A DNA stretch of 64,000 nt from Neodothiora populina. Taxonomy: Eukaryota. Location of the stretch: positions 186,001 through 250,000 of the forward strand of contig NW_027191419.1 of assembly GCF_041146345.1 (NCBI RefSeq), given 5' to 3'. Positions 60,820 through 64,000 of the stretch are shown piece after piece (positions within the stretch are counted from its first letter, which is position 1; every line of letters starts with the position of its first letter). The notes under the pieces were generated by a model. The model worked only from the letters and a program-made list of their open reading frames with translations. It did no database searches and had not been told where the DNA came from. Both the position numbers and the translations under genes were made by a program.

Positions 60820-61618
60820 TATACACTTACCTGTACAACACTCTCACATACTCGCATGTCTACCACGGGGACAAGTAGCAATAGCAGGAGAAATAATTCA
60901 GATGAGGCACGCAGAAGAGCGTTTGACGCAACTTGAGATAGTTTTCGATGTATTCGCGTTGAAGCAGCCCCTATCACGATGATGCCAAATTCCGATCAGA
61001 GCGGAAGTGCATGTGCGAGAAGCAATAAATAATAGTACTTCGAAAAATGCAGAAACGAAAGACATGAATAGACGGGACCATGTGTTCTTCAAGAACAAAG
61101 ACGAGAACGCTCTCTCGCAATCCATAATCGATCAATGATCCGGCCTCTTCAAGTACACCGACTTGGACCTCGATCCCAGATGCGCCAATGAGTCTGCGCA
61201 GAAGTCCCCATGACCAAAGCGATGCTGTGCCGCGCCATGCCGTCATGCCTGGACCGGAGAATGAACAAGATGTCGTCGGATCATTGTGCTGTCGTATAAG
61301 TCTAATCAAACACCTGGGATGAGGCAACTTATCCCCCATTTCTCGATTGTTGATAATAAGATGTCCGGAGAACAAGAAGGATAAGGGTTCGAAACAATAA
61401 CACAGGTAACAAATGGGTTGAATGCAAATGCCTATTACTGTCGTTGTCATCGTTGTCGTCTCTCGTAACCAAAAGAAATTCATTTCCGATTTTGTGTTTC
61501 TTTCCCCAGAAGCCTTGAAATAGAGAGAGTGGTGTGCGAGCATCCACACTTCACGTAGGCCTCGAAGTATACACCTGCAAAGTATGCGCAAGAACAAGAA
61601 ACAGCTATGGCATGAGAT

Positions 61619-63894
61619 TTACCCATTCAATTGATCGGATTGGCCACTATCGTCCGGATAGAAGTGCCAGGGCCAGTTCATCCGCATCTCGGGCAAGAAT
61701 GAAAAATTGGGGATCGATGAAAGAGATTGCATCATCGCCTCAGGTACTAACTTACCCTGGAGAGGGTCGTTCGGACTCCCCATGGGCATAGATATTGAAT
61801 GTTGATATGTATGGCGTTGTTCGACCGTGTGTTGTCGGCGCATATACTCATCCAGTTCACGGACTTTCTCCCGTAGTCCTTGTGCCGCACCCGCTGCTCG
61901 ATGCAACGAGGACTCTAAACCCTGCAACAGATCTGCCATAAGGTTCAATGATATCCGAACGCGTTGATAGACCGATTGTGATATAGGATCTTCTAGCACA
62001 GAGCCCAGAATTTGCCCTATGCTTCCAAGCTGATAGACCAGCGGCGTGCTTATTGCTCTAAGGTATGGTAATGGAATGGTGTGGAAGACTTGCAAAACTT
62101 CGTTTGCGACATCACATTTGCGCTCCACGCCTGGTCCATCCTCCAGCGAAAAGAGAATCATGCGCAGTAGCTGCAATGTTGCCTGGATGTTCGCAGCTTG
62201 AAAGCCGAAGATATCCTTGCCGAGATCTCCAGTCATAGGCAGCGTCTCCTTGAATTGATGTGGCAATTGGTAATACAGATTCAGCACAGTCTGCATCACA
62301 TCATGATCGGAGAAGGTATCTGCAAAGACCAAGCTGTCGACACTGCGGCGGTCGTCGTGGCTGAATTTCTTGGCGCGTGCTTTGTTTACAACGTGCTCAA
62401 GGACTCTGTACAGGTCGAGGGAAAAGTTCCATCCGACGATCCAGCTGACAGGTTGTCCTGTAGCTTTGGGAGAGTTATGGGTCGACAAGTTATCGTTATG
62501 AACGTGAGCAGGGTAGCGGACATAGGCATGAATCTCCTGAGAACGGAGAAAACAGTTCCAGACAACCGCGGAATACACGTCCAACATATATGTGGACCAA
62601 TACACGCGCCTGTATATCTCTTTTGTGGCATCGTCCAGATCCTGTGGCCATGATCTTTCGTCGTAGAAGCGATGCATCGCAGCAAGGGTGAAGGCGTTGC
62701 CCAGGTATTGCTGAACATCTGCGCTCCTCCCATACTGGATGCAGGTCAAAGACAGCAATGTACACGTCCGGATGTATTCGACAGCACTCGTCTGGGAAAT
62801 TCTACTGTAGTCCTTGGACATCGAGTCCTTGGCTGCGGTGAAGAAGATTTCCGAGGACGCCTCGGGTTTTCGTAGCGCGTCCGAAACCGGGCTTGGGTAT
62901 GCACCATCACGTACACGGGCTGAGGTGAGCGCGCAGACTGCCATAACAGCAGAGAAGAACCCTGCAGTGAGGTGTTAGCGACATGTTGCTCTACATAGAG
63001 AGACACCAGGTACCCTCACTCAACTTGCATACATCCATGCGCTGTCTGCGACCCTGGAAAACGCAATGTGGAAAGAGGGTCCAAATTGTACGCGTCATCA
63101 ACATTACTGACCTCTATCTGTAAGATGCTCTCTTCTTTCGAGTCTCGCTCTCTCTGGGGCCCTGTCCATCAAGGGATAACTATGGGACATTAGCACACCG
63201 CCGTCTTTGTAGAGACTGGACAAGGAGTCTCACAGAGGGTAGATGATCCGCACGAATATGTCAAAAAGCTCGAGTATAACATCTTCAGAAGCCAAAGCAA
63301 AGGCTTTCCACGGCACTTCAAGATGCTCAGGACTCCCGGCTCGCATAATCACGAGGGCAGCATGGTCTGGTCCTTTTCCACGTCGGTTTATATTGACCAG
63401 GTCGATCGGAGCACGCGATGCACTCCCTGTTGGGGGGATTTCAACATAGTCAGGAATGCCAGTTTGTGTGCCCGTTTGTGATCGAGGCATTGAAGATCCG
63501 CTAGAGATACTACCGTGCACCGGTGGCATTGGTTGCGTAGGTGGAACACCATCTGATACAATCGAGTCCCTTGGAGCTGTTGGTGCTTGCGGGTGCTTCT
63601 TGCGCTTCGAAGGACGGTCATAAGTGCAAGCTACATCGAAGTCGAAGCAATTCTGGCAGCGTTCCGGGTCTTCATTGCTGGATCTACACCGTATGGATCG
63701 CCTGTGGCAGAGATCACCTAAAAGTATAATGAGTATCGCTAGTGAACAGTCCACAGAAGACTCGTCTTGCTGTACTCACATGCTTGTGAGATGCGCTGCA
63801 ATTTGCGCGGACGGTCATTCTGCATCGGTAGAGAAGTCGTCTGTTTTGAGGACGAAGTCGACATATTGTGAGCTCTCAAGGCATCTAGACTCAT
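61619..63894 (-). CDS. Zn(II)2Cys6 transcription factor with fungal-specific TF domain, 4 exons
   Basis: RISQAC|DLCHRRSIRC..CQNCFDFDVACTY binuclear cluster split by an intron; IYPL|YP; RRVYWSTYMLD; FQAANIQATLQLLRM. Start at 63894 or 63864. Confidence 0.92.
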
Positions 63895-64000
63895 AAGAGG
63901 CTAATCGGTGAAACGCAGTCAACGCGACTCGGCGGAAACACTGTAGACGCTAGAGGTGAGGCATGTGCGGGAGGTTCATGTAAAGATCGAGACCTTAGTA

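Noticed and set aside
60974..61597. 207-aa minus-strand ORF downstream of the Zn2Cys6 gene
   Set aside because: No ATG at the called start, composition typical of 3' UTR, and no motifs.
1..64000. Transposons, RIP-degraded repeats, CRISPR arrays, rRNA/snRNA, secondary-metabolite backbone genes, TGA-CTA readthrough signals
   Set aside because: I saw no transposase, RT, PKS or NRPS motifs, terminal repeats, long AT-rich blocks, spaced direct repeats or snRNA signatures. The stop contexts I checked lack the readthrough motif.

Overview
Gene-dense chromosomal segment of a filamentous ascomycete. The evidence is GT-AG spliceosomal introns with CTRAC/CTRAY branch sites and a Pezizomycotina-type gene set; Dothideomycete affinity is only my impression. 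I reconstructed 21 protein-coding genes by hand. Housekeeping genes: mitochondrial DNA polymerase gamma (3'-truncated), a RING/SIM ligase, PalH/Rim21, Mvp1, Dcn1, an ArAE_2/Bre4-like membrane protein, ceramide synthase, an endophilin-like BAR protein, RPL2, a WHIM1/WSD protein, Snf21/Sth1, Rim1, Vps18 and a Zn2Cys6 factor. Accessory-type genes: a Gly-rich hydrophilin-like protein, an intron-containing fluoroacetate-dehalogenase-like hydrolase, and a 43.7-56 kb block (Vps62-like secreted protein, acetolactate decarboxylase, a small secreted GNGNxA-repeat protein, a DUF1399/GRDP protein, and a 717-aa secreted protein with FAxPSG and His-rich repeats). I found no supportable tRNA, rRNA, transposon or CRISPR feature. 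The best leads are the fungal hydrolase retaining the fluoroacetate dehalogenase catalytic and fluoride-pocket motifs, a same-strand CGCGAC array upstream of the RSC ATPase gene, and the two repeat-bearing secreted proteins. All family calls come from motif recognition, not database searches, and splice sites are manual predictions.
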